Below are positions 60,533 to 64,000 of a stretch of 64,000 nucleotides of DNA, piece after piece. The notes under the pieces were generated by a model that had not been told where the DNA came from, did not search any database, and saw only the letters and a list, made by a program, of their open reading frames with translations. The position numbers and the translations under genes were made by a program. Source of the DNA: an uncultured bacterium (lineage in GTDB: Bacteria; Verrucomicrobiota; Verrucomicrobiia; Verrucomicrobiales; DEV007); assembly GCA_963977015.1 (NCBI GenBank), contig CAXBMO010000001.1, positions 128,001 through 192,000 on the forward strand, in the 5' to 3' direction. Position 1 is the first letter of the stretch. Each line of letters opens with the position of its first letter.

Positions 60533-61294
60533 ATGACTCCAAACGCCTCCACATGCCCCATTTGTCATCGCCGCCGATTCCTTGAGCGTGCAACGCTTGG
60601 TGTGGCCGCATTCTTTACGGTCCCGGGAGCTTTTGCCGAGGCCCTCTCTAAAACTCCGTTCCAAACCGAGGGGCCTTTTTACCCCGACAAGCTTCCGTTG
60701 GACACTGACAACGATCTCATCTTGATCAACGATTCCGTTGACCCGTCAGTCGGCGAGATCGTGCATTTGCATGGACAGGTTTTTGATGTGAGCGGGGAAC
60801 CTGCGAAAGGGGCGGTTGTAGAAGTTTGGGAGGCGGATGCAAACGGAAACTATATTCATAGTGGAGGCGCAGCCAAAGGGACGGAGCGGGACGGAAACTT
60901 TCAAGGTTATGGCCGTTTCCTGACAGGAAGCGATGGCCGCTATTATTTTCGGACCATCAAGCCTGTTCCCTATGGCCCCCGGACTCCCCACATCCACATG
61001 GCTGTCCAGCGTGGCGGAAAACGGGTTTTGACGACTCAATGCTATGTGAAAGGTCATGAGTTGAACCAAACAGACCGCATTCTCAACTCCGTTACCGATC
61101 CCAAACTCCGGGATTTACTGATTGCGGATTTTCGTCCGATGGAGGAATCCGCGACCGGAGACTTGAGCGCGAAGTTTGATCTTATTGTCGGAGTTACTCC
61201 GGAAGATCGCGACAACGACAGAGGTCGTCGCGGACCAGGAGCGGGCTTCCGTCCCGACGGGAAGCGGCCTCCACGCCCTCAGGAACGGGGTTAG
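60533..61294 (+). CDS. Tat-exported intradiol ring-cleavage dioxygenase-like protein
   Basis: RRRFL twin-Arg; TEGPFY, VEVWEADANGNY, TIKPVPY, RTPHIH. Confidence 0.88.
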   Translation: MTPNASTCPICHRRRFLERATLGVAAFFTVPGAFAEALSKTPFQTEGPFYPDKLPLDTDNDLILINDSVDPSVGEIVHLHGQVFDVSGEPAKGAVVEVWEADANGNYIHSGGAAKGTERDGNFQGYGRFLTGSDGRYYFRTIKPVPYGPRTPHIHMAVQRGGKRVLTTQCYVKGHELNQTDRILNSVTDPKLRDLLIADFRPMEESATGDLSAKFDLIVGVTPEDRDNDRGRRGPGAGFRPDGKRPPRPQERG

Positions 61295-61620
61295 GCACCG
61301 AAGTATTCCCAGGCGGCTACTGCCAGCCCAATGACGACGGCAAGGCTGCCGGTTATCATTTCAGTGCTCAATGAGACGAAGCCCATGATGGCGCCAATGA
61401 CCGCACAAATGATGGCGAGGCTGTGCCAAATCCGGTCCTTCTTGAAGCTCAGCTCAAATTTGCTGTCCTCGGCAACATGGCGTTTCAGTCGATTGACGGA
61501 TTCCTTCATATCGCTCGCGAAGCGTTCGGTTGTGGACATCTGGTCACGTTGCACAACTGGAATTGCGGCGAAGACGAGGCCAAGGATTGCGACAAGGAGT
61601 CCGTATTTTCCGAAATTCAT
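61291..61620 (-). CDS. Hypothetical membrane protein (3 TM)
   Basis: Hydrophobic segments; ATG 61620. Confidence 0.6.
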   Translation of the reverse strand: MNFGKYGLLVAILGLVFAAIPVVQRDQMSTTERFASDMKESVNRLKRHVAEDSKFELSFKKDRIWHSLAIICAVIGAIMGFVSLSTEMITGSLAVVIGLAVAAWEYFGA

Positions 61621-61701
61621 GGTGTTTGTGTAAGGATTTTCTTTTGAAACGCAACTTCCAAGTCCGAAATTGCTCCGTTTCCGCAAAGGAAGAAAAGACC
61701 C

Positions 61702-62253
61702 ATGAAAAACGCGATCTCTCTACTACTTGGATGGTTTCTGGCTGCAAGTTTGGCCCAGGCTCAGGACACCGTTTACGATTTCACGGCCAAAAGCATCGAT
61801 GGGGAGGATGTTGCGATGAAGGACTATGCTGGCAAGGTCCTTCTCATCGTGAATGTCGCTTCCCAATGCGGCTCAACCGGGCAATACGCGGGAATGCAGG
61901 CAATTCATGAAGCACTGGAAGAATTCGGTTTTGCAGTGATGGGGTTTCCGACCAATGATTTTGGTGCTCAGGAGCCTGGATCTGATGGCGAGATCAAGGA
62001 ATTTTGCCAGTCGAACTATGGCGTGACGTTTCCCATGTTTGCGAAAACGTCCGTTAGCGGAGACACGCAGATACCGTTGTTTCGCTATCTGACTTCGGCC
62101 GAGAATCCCGATGGAGCCGGTCCCATTGGGTGGAACTTTGAGAAGATTCTGGTTGGGAAAGACGGCAAAGTCGTTCGTCGCTTCAAAAGCCACCACGAAC
62201 CTGATGATCCGGAATTGCTGAAGGCGATCAAGGAGGCGTTGGGCTCAAGCTGA
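61702..62253 (+). CDS. Glutathione peroxidase family protein (Cys type, signal peptide)
   Basis: GKVLLIVNVASQCG, GFPTNDFGAQEPG, WNFEKILV. Confidence 0.93.
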   Translation: MKNAISLLLGWFLAASLAQAQDTVYDFTAKSIDGEDVAMKDYAGKVLLIVNVASQCGSTGQYAGMQAIHEALEEFGFAVMGFPTNDFGAQEPGSDGEIKEFCQSNYGVTFPMFAKTSVSGDTQIPLFRYLTSAENPDGAGPIGWNFEKILVGKDGKVVRRFKSHHEPDDPELLKAIKEALGSS

Positions 62254-62586
62254 GTTCCCAAACGGCACTTCATTCCATTGAATTTCGCAGGTCAAGCGTC
62301 TCGCGCGGCTTGTCTGACTCCCCGTTTCCCCCTGAGGAGAAGGGTGGGCGAGTGCCTCCAGATTCCTCTTCGGACGACGGCATGAGACCTTCCGCCAAGT
62401 GGCCATCTGAATAAATCCGCATCGATCACGCCTCTTTTAAACAGAAGAGTTGTCGGATTTCCCAGTCTGGAGATGGATTTCCAGGAAATTGCAGAAAATT
62501 GTAATTTTTATTGATATTTAATCATACCAAATTATTTTTCCCAAGCGCCACGTCAGATTTTAGAACGTCCACTTATTCACCCGATT

Positions 62587-63030
62587 ATGCTTTCTCAGTC
62601 CATGCCAAATTCAATTTCCTTCCGGCAAGAAAATCCGCTGCGCCAATTGGCTCAGATTTCGATCCAAGTTCAAACCGGAGCGAAAGAATTGGTCGGATAC
62701 GAGCTGCTGCTCGGCGAAGAAAGCATTTCCTACGTTCACAGCGGGGCGGCCAGCATGGTGGAATCCATTCAGAATCTGGTTCGGAACAGTGCCGGTTCGC
62801 CGGATGTGAATCCGCTTTTTTCTCAGGACGTTCGTCATGATCTGCGCAATCAGGTTGCCGTGGTCAAAGGCTTCACCGACCTAATGCGGATGGATCTGCC
62901 GGAAGAGCACTCCGTTCAGGAAATGCTGGGAGACTTGAGCTCGAAAACGAAAGAGTTTGTCGAGGTTCTCGATTCCATCAAAACGGTGGCTGAAACGGTT
63001 GAGAATGACCAGCTGCCGATGGCAAGCTAA
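62587..63030 (+). CDS. Hypothetical protein with an isolated HisKA/DHp-like H-box
   Basis: DVRHDLRNQVAVVKGFTDLM H-box-like helix; no ATP-binding domain follows. Confidence 0.6.
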   Translation: MLSQSMPNSISFRQENPLRQLAQISIQVQTGAKELVGYELLLGEESISYVHSGAASMVESIQNLVRNSAGSPDVNPLFSQDVRHDLRNQVAVVKGFTDLMRMDLPEEHSVQEMLGDLSSKTKEFVEVLDSIKTVAETVENDQLPMAS

Positions 63031-63096
63031 TGCTTAAGTGCACTGCCGAACCTTTCCAAGGTTTTGGGAATTGGCTCTTTCCCATCGCGACTTGAG

Positions 63097-64000
63097 CTAG
63101 CCAACAATGATTCCTTTGGCTTTCCGTTCAGCCTCTTTTTCCAAGAGCGGAATATTGACTCCCGTTTCCAGAACTGGGACACCCAGGTCTCCAATCTTGC
63201 TGAGGTTGAGCCCTTCAAAAAGTTCGTGTTCTGCAGCCATGAGCTTGAACACATCTTCGATTAGATAGAGGCCGTTGGAGCCGGTCACACCTTGCGTGAT
63301 GTCGCGGAGAATCTCCCAATCATCCCGAGCCTGACCAAATGGTTCGATGGCGCGATTGAGGCGTTGAAGTCGACCGGCAACGTTGATCATGCTGCCGCGT
63401 TTTTCGGCCCAGCTTGCTCCGGGAAGAACCACATCCGCCAGTTCTGCGGTTGGATTCGCAAGAATGTGGGAAAGAAGGAGGAAATCCAGTTTTTCCAAGG
63501 TTTCAGCCTTCCAGCCGGATTCGATCAAGTCCTCTCCGAAGACAAGGAGGGTTTTAATCTCCCCGCTTTCGATTCCCGACTGGATTTCCGAAAGCTTCGA
63601 GCCCGGTTCCTTTAGTCCGAGGATGGATTTGGCGCCGTTGGTGTTCGGATTACGATCTGCCGAAATCAGGTAGTTATCTGCCTCTTGAGTGTGAGGCACG
63701 ATGTCGATGCGCGAAGTTCCCAGGCCATTCGCGAGGCGTTTGAGCATGAACAACTCCTCATTGGTCATCTTGCCGGAAGCAACGATCGCGATTTGCGTTC
63801 CGTCGGCGTCTCCAAGTCCCAACGCGACTTTGGCGAACGCATCCTTCCACGTTGCGAGGTGATGTTTGCCGTCCTTCTTGATCATCGGGTCCGAAAGCCG
63901 GTCCGGAGAATCGACGTAATGGAAATTCAGCCGGTGAGAATCAGGGATCCAGCACGAATTGACGTCGTTGTTTTCCCGTGGCGTGATCCGATAAATCTTG
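63097..64000 (-). CDS. nuoG: NADH-quinone oxidoreductase subunit G, C-terminal part (5' end outside the window)
   Basis: MTNEELF, ADRNPN, ADVVLPGASWAEKRGSMIN...GRLQ, ARDDWEI molybdopterin-family motifs; the frame stays open to the window edge. Confidence 0.8.
   Translation of the reverse strand, partial: KIYRITPRENNDVNSCWIPDSHRLNFHYVDSPDRLSDPMIKKDGKHHLATWKDAFAKVALGLGDADGTQIAIVASGKMTNEELFMLKRLANGLGTSRIDIVPHTQEADNYLISADRNPNTNGAKSILGLKEPGSKLSEIQSGIESGEIKTLLVFGEDLIESGWKAETLEKLDFLLLSHILANPTAELADVVLPGASWAEKRGSMINVAGRLQRLNRAIEPFGQARDDWEILRDITQGVTGSNGLYLIEDVFKLMAAEHELFEGLNLSKIGDLGVPVLETGVNIPLLEKEAERKAKGIIVG

Noticed and set aside
61702-62253. Glutathione peroxidase as a second selenoprotein
   Set aside because: The active-site codon is TGC (Cys).

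Overview
Gene-dense core-chromosome window from a GC-moderate bacterium, most likely Verrucomicrobiota/PVC superphylum (inferred from PSD1/DUF1553, DUF1501 and PVC-type haem-binding protein families). Housekeeping genes include dnaN, tRNA-Thr(UGU), fabD, gap, pgk, dacB, metH, trxA, a partial nuoG, a sigma70-family factor, YifB/ComM and a DEAD-box helicase. It also has System II cytochrome c maturation genes, several large multidomain c-type cytochromes, an ECF sigma operon and a receiver-rich two-component cluster. No integrase, transposase, prophage, rRNA or CRISPR array was seen. Signals missed by the ORF track: (1) two sibling ~130-170 nt non-coding elements 17 kb apart on opposite strands, with a 72-nt identical core, a terminator and the same bipartite promoter-like motif (TAAACAAA-N14-TCGCTT), which recurs weakly upstream of the sigma70-family gene; (2) a membrane-anchored thioredoxin split by an in-frame UGA at its catalytic Cys (WUGPC), followed by a SECIS-like hairpin, probably a selenoprotein; (3) a 25-aa ORF that duplicates the C-terminal membrane anchor of the Pro-rich gene upstream; (4) a leader-ORF/antiterminator/terminator arrangement before a site-2 protease; (5) a standalone NERD nuclease-SF1 helicase and a GAF + minimal subtilase pair. 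All calls come from reading the sequence by eye; no database search or folding program was run.
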